Assembly: GCA_031402515.1 (NCBI GenBank)
Contig: JANNSK010000097.1
Span: 7,429-71,428 of the forward strand
Origin: Alphaproteobacteria bacterium
GTDB taxonomy: Bacteria; Pseudomonadota; Alphaproteobacteria; Rickettsiales; UBA3002
Length of the DNA: 64,000 bases
Direction of reading: 5' to 3'
The notes below the pieces were generated by a model, which saw only the letters and a list, made by a program, of their open reading frames with translations, was not told the origin of the DNA and made no database searches. Below are positions 26,466 through 35,968 of the stretch, in pieces. Both the position numbers and the translations under genes were made by a program. Within the stretch, counting starts at the first letter, position 1; every line of letters starts with the position of its first letter.

Positions 26466-28463
26466 CTAGCGTTGGTATAGGGATTTATCCGCGGCATCTC
26501 GGATATCCGCTACGCTGGGAACGGCAATGGAAGTTGCCTGCCCACTCGTTTTAGGTTGAAGCTTAATACCAAGTTTTTTTGCTGTCTCTTGAAAATCTTT
26601 TATATCTTCCTTCGGCAGATTGATGAAAAAGCCCGAAAAACTGCAGGGCTTTATCTCGATTGGCGAGCAAGGCTCCGATAAATAAGATTCTTTCGGCGGC
26701 GGAAGGTTTACAACCGTAAGGTTATCCTTTTTTCCGGGCCGGCGAATACGAAATACAATGCGGTGTTGCTCCGGGTCAGAATCCAAATTCCCCCGCTCAT
26801 CTATGTGCCAGGAAGAAACGGAAAGGGTCTCCTTGCCATTAGTAACAGTGTAAATAGTGCTTTCTTCCTGTGTATCAAGCGTAGTGCCGAAAGTAACAAT
26901 GCTGGGTTGGCCTGCGTCGTTGAGTCCTTTACCAAGTCTGTAAGTAACGGTATCGCCCCCTTGGTCGGCCGTTCGTTGCAGTGTGGAAAGCGTGCCGCCC
27001 GGCCGAACTACCGTGGTGGCGCTGGGGCCCACCGAGAGAACGGGGTCCATGCGCAAGCGCCCTTTGGGAGACTGCATCGCTGTGAGCGTCCAAGAGGTTA
27101 AATCGTGCCATTGCTCAATACGATCCCCCTTGCCATCGAGATTGTCGCGCAGCACCAAATCGCCGCGGTCCGTATGCACCACCAGCACCAATTTCTCGTT
27201 ACCGTTAATATCAAGTGCGGATGCTAAAGAAAGCGCTTCGTCAGGCCAGCGTCTGGAACTAAACAACTCTTGTTGCTTGGTAAGAGCATAATCGCCCGCA
27301 CCATACGGTTCCCCGTTCCATTGTTTCCTGCGGTTAATCTCACGATGCACATCATGCAGGTGCCGCCAGAGCTCATCGGTGAGCGTCACACGACGCTGAT
27401 GTTGCGGTGTCCAGTTAAGACCACTAGGGTACATCTTCTCGCGATGTCTTCTAAGTCCATTATCTTCTGGCAGATGAACTGCAGAAGATGGGGCGAGCGC
27501 TATGTAACGGGTGCTTTTAGTTGGCAGTGGCGGGTAGGGCAATGTTCTGGGTGCTGGGGGAAGGGCTTCTGTATCCACTCTCCAATCCGTATCGTGCCAT
27601 TGTTTGATTTCTTTGCTGCCGGTTTTGCCGACGGAGTCCCTCAGTACAAGATCGCCGCGGTCGGTGCGCAGCACCAACGCAAACTGCTCTTGGCCTCGGC
27701 CATCACGCCCGCTTACCACCTTGATACAGTCTTTCGGGTTGAACGGTCTCTGTGGATCCTGCAGCCGCTCAAGAACATCTTCCGTAAATAAACTTTTCTG
27801 TTTCTTCTCCGCGTATTCTTTGGCCGAGAATACTGTGCCGTAAGGGCTTTTAAGGTTATTGATCCGTTCGTTGATCGTGAGCAACAAACGCCATTTGTCA
27901 TCCGTCAGCGGCATGCGATTAACCGGGCGCTCGTGGGTGCCATCAATTCTTAAGTAGTTAATGCTTTTAGACGGCATCGGGGTTGATCTATCCACGGTCC
28001 AGTCCGTATCGTGCCATTGCTTGATCTCATCGCTACCCGTTTCGCCGATCGAATCGCGCAATATCAGATCCCCGAGATCAGTGCGCACCAGAAGTGCCAC
28101 TTGCTCATTTCCATTCTTATCGGCCTTAGTAATCACTTTTATGCATTCTTTCGGGTCAAACGGCCGACGCGGATTTTGCAATTTAGCGATCGCCTCTAAT
28201 AATCGCCCCTGTTTTAATGCCGCATATTCTCTTGGCGACAGCGTAGTGCGGAAGTCAGTCGCCGTTTCTTTATTTATTTCCTTGTTCGCCTTGAGCAGCA
28301 GTTTCCATTTATCGTCGGTAAGCTGGATACGTGTAAATATGTGATTGTCGCCAAAAATAAACTGGCTGCTCTTCTTCGGAAGCGGCACAGAAACTCCCTG
28401 ATCATTGATAATCTCAAAGTCATTTATATCGGTACCGTCAGTAGACATAACCACTCGCTCCAT
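26466..28463 (-). CDS. hypothetical 665-aa protein with three tandem ~110-aa internal repeats
   Basis: The repeats are aa 48-156, 186-295 and 360-459 (LTDDKW.LLL..N..IN ... EYA..KQ ... ALLVRTD.GDL.LRDS.G..GS.EIKQWHDTDW). No signal peptide is seen. An alternative ATG lies at 28448, with GGAG upstream. Confidence 0.7.
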   Translation of the reverse strand: MERVVMSTDGTDINDFEIINDQGVSVPLPKKSSQFIFGDNHIFTRIQLTDDKWKLLLKANKEINKETATDFRTTLSPREYAALKQGRLLEAIAKLQNPRRPFDPKECIKVITKADKNGNEQVALLVRTDLGDLILRDSIGETGSDEIKQWHDTDWTVDRSTPMPSKSINYLRIDGTHERPVNRMPLTDDKWRLLLTINERINNLKSPYGTVFSAKEYAEKKQKSLFTEDVLERLQDPQRPFNPKDCIKVVSGRDGRGQEQFALVLRTDRGDLVLRDSVGKTGSKEIKQWHDTDWRVDTEALPPAPRTLPYPPLPTKSTRYIALAPSSAVHLPEDNGLRRHREKMYPSGLNWTPQHQRRVTLTDELWRHLHDVHREINRRKQWNGEPYGAGDYALTKQQELFSSRRWPDEALSLASALDINGNEKLVLVVHTDRGDLVLRDNLDGKGDRIEQWHDLTSWTLTAMQSPKGRLRMDPVLSVGPSATTVVRPGGTLSTLQRTADQGGDTVTYRLGKGLNDAGQPSIVTFGTTLDTQEESTIYTVTNGKETLSVSSWHIDERGNLDSDPEQHRIVFRIRRPGKKDNLTVVNLPPPKESYLSEPCSPIEIKPCSFSGFFINLPKEDIKDFQETAKKLGIKLQPKTSGQATSIAVPSVADIRDAADKSLYQR

Positions 28464-28508
28464 GATGCGTTAGTTCGTCCATCCTAGTGGATATATGTTA
28501 CAGAATGA

Positions 28509-28547
28509 TGACAGTTTTGTGACAATTTGATGACATTTCGCCTGTCA
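28509..28547. promoter_or_regulatory. helically phased TGACA repeats upstream of the 665-aa gene
   Basis: TGACA at 28509, 28520 and 28531 (11-nt spacing), and an inverted TGTCA at 28543. Confidence 0.45.
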
Positions 28548-28564
28548 CGGCGTGGGGCTAGGCT

Positions 28565-29506
28565 TTATCCCTGATGTTCTAGGAACTTCTGCGCCTCGAG
28601 GGCGGCCATGCAACCGGTGCCGGCGGCGGTAACGGCCTGGCGGAAGATTTTATCCTGCACATCGCCCGCAGCGAATACGCCCGCGATATTGGTCTTGGTC
28701 GAGCCGGGGGTGGTTTTGAGGTAGCGATCCGCATCCATGTCGAGCTGGCCAGTGAAAAGTTGCGTGTTGGGCTCATGGCCGATGGCGACGAAGGCGCCGT
28801 CCACTTTGAGTTCGCTGATCGCACCAGTTTTGACGTTCTTGAGTTTGAGTCCGGTGAGCGAAGGCGGGTTGTCCGTGCCTAAGAATTCTTCAACCGTAGA
28901 GTCCCAGATCACCTTCACGTTGGGCGTTTTGAACAGGCGCTCCTGGCCGATTTTCTCGGCACGCAGCGAATCCCGCCGATGCACCAGCGTCACCGACTTG
29001 GCGATTTTGGCAAGGTAGAGCGCTTCTTCGACGGCAGAGTTTCCACCGCCCAGCACGGCGACATCTTTGCCTTTGAAGAAGAACCCGTCGCAGGTGGCGC
29101 AGGCCGATACGCCAAAATTCTGGAATTTCTTTTCCGATTCAAGCCCCAGCCAGCGTGCCGAGGCGCCGGTGGCGATGATGAGTGTATCGCCCACATACGT
29201 ATCGCCCGAATCACCGATGGCGACGAAGGGGCGCTTGGAGAAATCCACCGACACGATCGTATCGGAGAAAATCTGCGTGCCGACATGGGCGGCCTGCGCC
29301 TCCATTTGCTCCATCAACCACGGGCCTTTGATGGCGTCGGCGAAGCCGGGATAATTCTCGACATCGGAGGTAATCGTCATTTGTCCCCCTGGCTGCATGC
29401 CGCGTACCATGATGGGCTTAAGCGCGGCGCGTGACGCGTAAATTGCCGCCGTGCAGCCCGCCGCGCCGGAACCGATAATCAAAACTGGAGTTCTGTGTTC
29501 TGCCAT
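28565..29506 (-). CDS. trxB: thioredoxin-disulfide reductase
   Basis: VLIIGSGAAG, redox centre CATCDG, GGGNSAVEEA, and FAAGDV. Confidence 0.95.
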   Translation of the reverse strand: MAEHRTPVLIIGSGAAGCTAAIYASRAALKPIMVRGMQPGGQMTITSDVENYPGFADAIKGPWLMEQMEAQAAHVGTQIFSDTIVSVDFSKRPFVAIGDSGDTYVGDTLIIATGASARWLGLESEKKFQNFGVSACATCDGFFFKGKDVAVLGGGNSAVEEALYLAKIAKSVTLVHRRDSLRAEKIGQERLFKTPNVKVIWDSTVEEFLGTDNPPSLTGLKLKNVKTGAISELKVDGAFVAIGHEPNTQLFTGQLDMDADRYLKTTPGSTKTNIAGVFAAGDVQDKIFRQAVTAAGTGCMAALEAQKFLEHQG

Positions 29507-29509
29507 AGG

Positions 29510-29571
29510 AAGCCTACAGCCAACAGCTTACAGCCTACAGCTAAGAGCTGTCGGCTGTCGGCTGTAGGCTT
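29510..29571. repeat. inverted heptamer-array hairpin, unit GCCTACA/GCTGTAG
   Basis: aagcctacagccaacagcttacagcctacagct-aag-agctgtcggctgtcggctgtaggctt. It occupies essentially the entire ahpC-trxB spacer. Confidence 0.9.
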
Positions 29572-30174
29572 TTACAGAGCCTTTGCGTTTTCTTTGAGGT
29601 AGGAAGCCACGCCATCAGCGGTGGCCTTCATACCTTTTTCGCCTTTTTTCCAGTTAGCCGGGCAGACTTCGCCATGCTCTTCGTGGAAGTTCAGCGCTTC
29701 GATCATGCGCAGCGTTTCATCGACATTGCGGCCGAGCGGCAGGTCGTTGACGACCTGGTGGCGCACGATGCCTTTCTTGTCGATCATGAAAGTGCCGCGG
29801 AAGGCAACCGCGTCATTCACCAGCACGTCATACGAGCGGGCGATGGATTTGGTGAGGTCGGCCACCAGCGGGAAGCGGATATTGCCGATACCGCCTTTAT
29901 CAACCGGCGTATTTTTCCACGCATAATGGGTGTATTGCGAATCGACCGAGACACCGATCAGTTCGGCGCCCAGTTTTTTGAATGCATCGACCCGGTTATC
30001 GAAGGCGATGATTTCCGACGGGCAGACGAAGGTGAAGTCGAGCGGGTAGAAAAATACGATGCCCACTTTGCCCTTGATAAAGGATTTCAGGTTGAAATCC
30101 GCCTTGATGGAATTGTCGCCCATCACCGCATTGGCGGTGAAATCTGGGGCTTCTTTGCCGACGAGTACGCTCAT
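29572..30174 (-). CDS. ahpC: typical 2-Cys peroxiredoxin (AhpC/Prx1 family)
   Basis: [15 protein letters not shown] peroxidatic-Cys motif and a resolving Cys in HGEVCPANW. Confidence 0.9.
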   Translation of the reverse strand: MSVLVGKEAPDFTANAVMGDNSIKADFNLKSFIKGKVGIVFFYPLDFTFVCPSEIIAFDNRVDAFKKLGAELIGVSVDSQYTHYAWKNTPVDKGGIGNIRFPLVADLTKSIARSYDVLVNDAVAFRGTFMIDKKGIVRHQVVNDLPLGRNVDETLRMIEALNFHEEHGEVCPANWKKGEKGMKATADGVASYLKENAKAL

Positions 30175-30218
30175 AAAATCTCCTTAAGTTAACGTGACGC
30201 TTGTTGCGAACGATTCTC

Positions 30219-30298
30219 AATATAGCCGATTTTTGAACGATGGCAACTCAGCATACCAAGAAAAGGGGAAACTATGCGTTTCCGTGAATTATGCAAGG
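30219..30298 (-). promoter_or_regulatory. ahpC promoter (TTGCCA-N16-TATATT in sense) with an upstream operator-like site
   Basis: On the forward strand: aatata at 30219-30224 and tggcaa at 30241-30246. The site ctatgcgtttccgtgaattatgcaagg lies at 30272-30298. Confidence 0.5.
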
Positions 30299-30338
30299 GT
30301 ATTGAACGGTAAAAAATCCCCAGCCTAGAATGGGACAT

Positions 30339-30414
30339 CGCGTAGCCGCGGCCAGCGGCGAGCCTTTAGAGGGGGAACGGAGTGGGGGCGTCTTCGCCCC
30401 CCGCGCTTTAGCGC
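30339..30414. repeat. GC-rich repeat, family B
   Basis: cgcgtagccgcggccagcggcgagcctttagagggggaacggagtgggggcg... It shares a ~50-nt near-identical block with 43382-43459. Confidence 0.85.
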
Positions 30415-31367
30415 TAACTTAAAGCCTGCGGAAAGCGTGCGCGGATTTCATACGCCACCTTGCCCGCATCGTCCAGCGCTGCTTTAGGGGTCCAATCGAG
30501 GGTGGTATTGGCGTCCAATGGTCTTGCCAGCCCTTCGGCGTAGAGTTTGGCATGAAACCGCGTGTATTTCTCCGGCAGCACGCGCGGCACGGTGTAGATG
30601 GACACGGGTTTACCCGAAGCGCAGGTCTCCGATACCATCGACAGCGAATCGCCGGTGACGATGATGGCGTCCGCACAACCGAGAATGCCGAGATAGGGGC
30701 TGTCCTTATCGGTATGGAAACGGTGGAGCAGGTGCGGTCCTTGTACCAACGTGCCGGCAAACGCGATGGCCTCCTGCGGCGTGCGGCGGCTGGTGGTGAT
30801 GAGCAGTGAGCCTTGACCCGCAAGTCGCTGTGCCTGCTGGAGCACATCGCGCCAGTCGGTGGCGGTGTAGCGCCCATACCGCGTGTCACCGCCCAAAACC
30901 AGCGCCACCCATGGCCGCGGCAGATGGGCGAATTGACCTGCCCAGCTACGTTTCGCTACCTCAAGTGCTTCCGGCGTGACCGCATGCAGCGGTGCCAGTG
31001 TGGTGAGCACATTATCCCGCTTTAACGGCAGGTCATGTTCCGGCATGGCGATCAGGTCAATGTCCTGCGCGATATCCGGCCGCATCAGGTAAACAGTTGT
31101 CGTCGTCGGTGATTTTCTCTTGATAAAACGCAGGACGGGAATGGTCCGTCGACCGGCAGCAATAACCAGCTTGGGCCATGGCGGAGCAATCGGGGCAGAC
31201 ATGCTGCGGTCGGTGCCGATGAGGCTTGTCCCGCGCAGAAAATTCGGCAAGTTAACAAGCGCGTTATAGTCGAGCTTCTTGAGCGTGAAGGGTTGGCCGA
31301 GCTTGGCAATCACCCCGAGCACCTGCCCAGTGGCGGCATCGTCGACCAGTCCCCAGACGTTACTCAT
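30414..31367 (-). CDS. ELM1/mitochondrial-fission-like family protein (DUF1022)
   Basis: 317 aa with an ELM1-like sequence. Its start overlaps the greA stop. Confidence 0.6.
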   Translation of the reverse strand: MSNVWGLVDDAATGQVLGVIAKLGQPFTLKKLDYNALVNLPNFLRGTSLIGTDRSMSAPIAPPWPKLVIAAGRRTIPVLRFIKRKSPTTTTVYLMRPDIAQDIDLIAMPEHDLPLKRDNVLTTLAPLHAVTPEALEVAKRSWAGQFAHLPRPWVALVLGGDTRYGRYTATDWRDVLQQAQRLAGQGSLLITTSRRTPQEAIAFAGTLVQGPHLLHRFHTDKDSPYLGILGCADAIIVTGDSLSMVSETCASGKPVSIYTVPRVLPEKYTRFHAKLYAEGLARPLDANTTLDWTPKAALDDAGKVAYEIRARFPQALS

Positions 31368-31840
31368 CCCTTGTATTCGACAGTGAGGATTTCATAAAAT
31401 CGTGCGCCCTTCGGCGTGGACACTTCAACCGATGCACCTACGGCCTTGCCAATCAGTGCGCGGCCAATGGGGGCGGAAGTGGAGATAAGCTTGCGGTTAA
31501 TATCGGCCTCGTAATCGCCGACGATTTGATAGGTGATTTTTTCCTCGGTTTCCTCGTCGACGACACAGACGGTGGCACCGAATTTCACCGTGCTGCTGGA
31601 CAGGCTTTGAATATCGATCACATCGGCACGACTGATCACCGCGGTGAGTTCCTGAATACGACCCTCGATGAAGCTCTGCTTTTCTTTCGCCGAATGATAT
31701 TCGGCGTTTTCCTTGAGGTCGCCATGGCCGCGCGCTTCCGCAATCGCCGCGATGACTGTCGGGCGTTCGACGGTCTTTAGTTGCTTCAATTCCTTCTCAA
31801 GCCGCTGGTAGCCCACCGCGGTCATCGGTATTTTTTCCAT
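31364..31840 (-). CDS. greA: transcription elongation factor GreA
   Basis: MEKIPMTAVGYQRLEKELKQLK...GDLKENAEYH. The ATG at 31840 is preferred over 31873. Confidence 0.9.
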   Translation of the reverse strand: MEKIPMTAVGYQRLEKELKQLKTVERPTVIAAIAEARGHGDLKENAEYHSAKEKQSFIEGRIQELTAVISRADVIDIQSLSSSTVKFGATVCVVDEETEEKITYQIVGDYEADINRKLISTSAPIGRALIGKAVGASVEVSTPKGARFYEILTVEYKG

Positions 31841-31997
31841 AGGATTAAGGCTCTTAAGATGAGTGAGGAGCAAAATGCCCGCCTACCATAGCCCGCCTGT
31901 CAGAAACTTCAAGTGCCGGGAGCACTCCTCAAAATTCATGAGAATGTCACATTCGGCCATGGCTGTTTCGGCTATACTTATCGTGAAAGAGGCACTT

Positions 31998-32606
31998 ATG
32001 GCCGATAGATACGACCTACCAAGAATTCCGGTAACCGACAAGCCGACCATCTTCAATCGTGAAGCGGGCGGGTGGGGCCTGCTTGGCAGCATGATCGGCA
32101 GTATGATACCTTTTGGTAGCCTGATTGGTGCCGCTGTGGGGATTGCGTATGGCGGCAGCAAGGGCATGCGGCGCATGGAGCGTGAGCTGGTCGAAGGCCG
32201 CGCTGTCAAAGACCCGACTTATTGGAACAGTGGCGTCTGGAGCGGCTGGCTCATTGGCATCCTGCTGGTAATGCCGGTGCTTCTCCTTAGCTTTGTTACC
32301 GGCGGTCTGTTGATTGGCGTTGCCCTTGCGGCCCCGCTCATCGGCGCCGTCATCGGCAGCAATATCCGCTATAACAGCATGAAACAGGATATAGGCATGG
32401 CTGTCGCCCTGCGCAATCAGGAACATAACCTCGCCAAAGAAGCCGCGCTAGAACATGAAATGGGCCGCGCACCCACCGTCTACAAAGATTCCGTGAGTCG
32501 TGAAGAGGCGGCAGCCCTCGAGCAGAAATCCTCAAAACCGCGCAACCATCTCGACGAAATGCTCACCCACCGCACCCAGCTTTCCGAGCTTGAAGCCAAG
32601 CGCTAG
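31998..32606 (+). CDS. hypothetical membrane protein with glycine-zipper helices and a charged C-terminal tail
   Basis: GAAAGAGG ribosome-binding site before the ATG at 31998. Gly-zipper [27 protein letters not shown]. The 3' end overlaps the carB stop by 4 nt (convergent). Confidence 0.5.
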   Translation: MADRYDLPRIPVTDKPTIFNREAGGWGLLGSMIGSMIPFGSLIGAAVGIAYGGSKGMRRMERELVEGRAVKDPTYWNSGVWSGWLIGILLVMPVLLLSFVTGGLLIGVALAAPLIGAVIGSNIRYNSMKQDIGMAVALRNQEHNLAKEAALEHEMGRAPTVYKDSVSREEAAALEQKSSKPRNHLDEMLTHRTQLSELEAKR

Positions 32607-35600
32607 GCGGCGTTGCGCTTACTCATTTTCGCTACGTAATATTGTAACGGTTGCACGTCGAGCCCCTTGGGCGCTTTGGCAATGGCGGCGATGGCCTTGG
32701 TCATCGCGTGCGCACCGGAGATCGTCGTTGAGTAAGGAATCTTGCCGAAGAGTGCGGTTTTGCGGATGGAGGCCGAGTCGGCAATTGAGCGGGCGCCTTC
32801 GGTGGTGTTGAAGACGAGCGCGATTTTTCCATCCTTCATCAGATCGACGATATGCGGCCTGCCTTCGCGTACTTTATTGACGATAGTCACCCCATGCTTT
32901 TGCGATTGCAGATATTCGCCCGTGCCGCGCGTACAGACAATCGTGAAACCAAGCGCAATGAGTTCACCAGCGATTCTCGCCGCCATTTCTTTATCGCGGT
33001 CTTTGACCGACAGGAACACCGCGCCCTTTTTCGGCAAGGTGGAGCCCGAACCGATATAGCCCTTGGCAAAGGCGTGGGCGAAGTCGCGATCGATGCCCAT
33101 GGTCTCGCCGGTGGATTTCATTTCCGGTCCCAAAATAATATCGACACCGGGGAAACGGGCGAAGGGGAACACGACTTCTTTCACGGCCACGTGTTTCAGC
33201 GACTTCATATGGGTGCGATCATCCGGAAGGTTGAAGGTTTTGAGCATTTCACCCGCCATCAATCGCGCCGCGATTTTGGCGATGGGAATGCCGGTGGCTT
33301 TGGCGACGAAAGGCACGGTGCGCGAGGCGCGCGGGTTGACTTCAATGATATAGATTTCGCCGCCCTTAATCGCGAACTGCACATTCATCAGCCCGCGGAC
33401 TTTCAGCGCCAGCGCCATGGCCTTAGTTTGTTTCTGCACTTCTTCAATGAGCGCGTCGCTTAGCGAGTAAGGGGGCAAGCTGCAGGCTGAGTCACCCGAA
33501 TGGATGCCAGCCTCCTCGATATGCTCCATCACGCCCGCGACATAGGTATCTTTACCATCGCACAGGCAGTCGACATCGAGTTCGATGGCGTCGCTCAGGT
33601 AGGAATCAAGCAGTACCGGCCCGTCGCCGAACATGCTGAGCAGTTCTTTCACGTAATTCTTTAGCGTATCGGGTTCATGGATAATCTTCATGGCGCGGCC
33701 ACCCAGCACATAGGAGGGGCGCACCACCACCGGGTAGCCAATTTTCTCGGCTTGTTCGATGACATCATCCGCGTGTTTGCAGATGGCGTTTTTCGGCTGC
33801 TTGAGTTTGAGTTTATGCAGCAGTTGCTGGAAGCGCTCGCGATCCTCAGCCAAATCAATCGAATCGACCGAGGTACCGATAATCGGAATGCCTGCCTGCT
33901 CCAGCGCGTGGGCAAGTTTGAGCGGCGTTTGGCCCCCGAACTGCACGATGCAGCCTACGATTTCACCATTTTTCGCCTCGGCCTCGATAATCTCAATCAC
34001 ATCCTCAGCGGTGAGCGGTTCGAAATAAAGCCGGTCGGAAGTATCATAATCTGTCGACACCGTTTCCGGGTTGCAGTTGATCATGATGGTTTCGTAGTTT
34101 TCTCTTGAAGGGGGGCTTGCCCCCCCTTCGCTTCGCTGACCCCTGCCGCTTCGCGGCTCGCCTTCGGCTACGCGCGCGCCATTTCCGCGCAGAGCGTAGG
34201 CGGCGTGCACGCAGCAATAATCAAATTCGATACCCTGGCCGATGCGATTCGGCCCGCCGCCCAGGATAAAGATCTTTTTGGCCGACGAAGGCGCAACCTC
34301 CGATTCGGCCGCGGTTTCACCATCCCCCTCATAGGTCGAGTACATATACGGGGTGAGGGAAGAGAATTCCGCCGCACAGGTATCGACGCGTTTGAACACG
34401 GGACGGATGTTATGTTTATGGCGCAGTGCGCGGATTTTTAGCTCGTCCGTTTTCGTAAGCCGCGCCAATTGCCGATCCGAGAAGCCGAGTTTTTTGAGAT
34501 GCTGTAACTCGCGCGCATCTTTCGGCAGGCCGTTTTCTTTTACCCAATTCTCTGCATCGACGATGGTTTTCAACTGGTGAATAAACCACGGATCGTATTT
34601 GGCGATGCTACAGATTTCTTCGACCGACATGCCGAAGCGCAGCGCCTGCGCCGCTTTCAGAATCCGGTCAGGCGAGGGAATAGAAAGCGCCGAGCGCACG
34701 GGATCGAGATTATCCGCCGATGCACCTTCGATTTCCACTTCATCCAGCCCAGTCAAGCCGGTCTCCAGCGAACGCAGCGCCTTTTGCAGTGACTCGGGGA
34801 AGCTGCGCGCCATCGCCATTGCCTCGCCGACGGATTTCATCGCCGTGGTCAGTGTGGCCTCGGAGCCGGGGAATTTCTCGAACGTAAAGCGCGGTATTTT
34901 GGTGACGATGTAATCAATCGTCGGTTCGAACGAGGCCGGCGTGGCTTTCGTCACATCGTTCATCACTTCGTCGAGCGTATAGCCCACCGCGAGTTTCGCC
35001 GCGACCTTGGCAATGGGAAATCCCGTCGCTTTCGAGGCCAGCGCGGAGGAGCGCGACACGCGTGGGTTCATTTCGATGACGACCATGCGGCCATCCGCCG
35101 GGTTCACCGCGAACTGCACGTTGGAGCCGCCGGTATCGACACCGATTTCGCGCAGCACGGCGATCGACGCATCGCGCATGATCTGGAATTCTTTGTCCGT
35201 CAACGTGAGCGCCGGGGCGACGGTGATGGAGTCGCCGGTATGAATCCCCATCGGGTCGACATTTTCAATCGAGCAGACGATAATGCAGTTGTCCGCCTTG
35301 TCGCGCACCACTTCCATCTCGTATTCTTTCCAGCCGAGAACCGACTCGTCGATCATCACTTCGCCGACGGGAGATGCATCAAGGCCCGAGGCCACGATTT
35401 GCTCGAACTCCTCGCGGTTGTAGGCGATGCCGCCGCCGGCGCCGCCCATGGTAAAGCTGGGGCGGATGATGACAGTGGGCCCGACGATTTTGTAGGCTTC
35501 GCGCGCTTCTTCCAGCGATTTCACCACCACATTTTTGGGAACCGCAAGCCCGATGCGCGCCATCGCCTGGCCGAAGAGCAGGCGATCTTCCGCCTTGTTG

Positions 35601-35968
35601 ATGGCCTCGAGCGATGCGCCAATTAACTCTACTCCGTATTTTTTCAGCACGCCGGATTCAGCCAGCGCTTTGGCACAGTTGAGCGCCGTTTGGCCGCCCA
35701 TGGTGGGCAACAGCGCGTCCGGCTTCTCCTTGGCGATGATTTTCTCGACGAACTCTGGCGTAATCGGTTCGATATAGGTCGCATCCGCCAATTCCGGATC
35801 GGTCATGATCGTCGCCGGGTTGGAATTCACCAGAATCACCCGGTAGCCTTCTTTCTTGAGCGTTGTCACCGCCTGCGTGCCCGAATAATCAAACTCGCAG
35901 GCCTGGCCGATCACAATCGGCCCGGCGCCGATGATGAGGATGGATTTTATGTCAGTGCGGCGGGGCAT
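32603..35968 (-). CDS. carB: carbamoyl-phosphate synthase large subunit, with a 28-codon in-frame repeat insertion
   Basis: Full-length CarB with two ATP-grasp halves and an MGS-like C-terminus. An insertion lies at aa 595-622, between ..[10 protein letters not shown] and [15 protein letters not shown]. Confidence 0.95.
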   Translation of the reverse strand: MPRRTDIKSILIIGAGPIVIGQACEFDYSGTQAVTTLKKEGYRVILVNSNPATIMTDPELADATYIEPITPEFVEKIIAKEKPDALLPTMGGQTALNCAKALAESGVLKKYGVELIGASLEAINKAEDRLLFGQAMARIGLAVPKNVVVKSLEEAREAYKIVGPTVIIRPSFTMGGAGGGIAYNREEFEQIVASGLDASPVGEVMIDESVLGWKEYEMEVVRDKADNCIIVCSIENVDPMGIHTGDSITVAPALTLTDKEFQIMRDASIAVLREIGVDTGGSNVQFAVNPADGRMVVIEMNPRVSRSSALASKATGFPIAKVAAKLAVGYTLDEVMNDVTKATPASFEPTIDYIVTKIPRFTFEKFPGSEATLTTAMKSVGEAMAMARSFPESLQKALRSLETGLTGLDEVEIEGASADNLDPVRSALSIPSPDRILKAAQALRFGMSVEEICSIAKYDPWFIHQLKTIVDAENWVKENGLPKDARELQHLKKLGFSDRQLARLTKTDELKIRALRHKHNIRPVFKRVDTCAAEFSSLTPYMYSTYEGDGETAAESEVAPSSAKKIFILGGGPNRIGQGIEFDYCCVHAAYALRGNGARVAEGEPRSGRGQRSEGGASPPSRENYETIMINCNPETVSTDYDTSDRLYFEPLTAEDVIEIIEAEAKNGEIVGCIVQFGGQTPLKLAHALEQAGIPIIGTSVDSIDLAEDRERFQQLLHKLKLKQPKNAICKHADDVIEQAEKIGYPVVVRPSYVLGGRAMKIIHEPDTLKNYVKELLSMFGDGPVLLDSYLSDAIELDVDCLCDGKDTYVAGVMEHIEEAGIHSGDSACSLPPYSLSDALIEEVQKQTKAMALALKVRGLMNVQFAIKGGEIYIIEVNPRASRTVPFVAKATGIPIAKIAARLMAGEMLKTFNLPDDRTHMKSLKHVAVKEVVFPFARFPGVDIILGPEMKSTGETMGIDRDFAHAFAKGYIGSGSTLPKKGAVFLSVKDRDKEMAARIAGELIALGFTIVCTRGTGEYLQSQKHGVTIVNKVREGRPHIVDLMKDGKIALVFNTTEGARSIADSASIRKTALFGKIPYSTTISGAHAMTKAIAAIAKAPKGLDVQPLQYYVAKMSKRNAA
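34103..34186 (-). repeat. 84-nt family-B-like repeat inserted in frame in carB
   Basis: The carB-sense sequence contains cgcgtagccg and gcgagcc blocks and a G7-caa-C6 hairpin. It encodes [28 protein letters not shown]. Confidence 0.75.
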
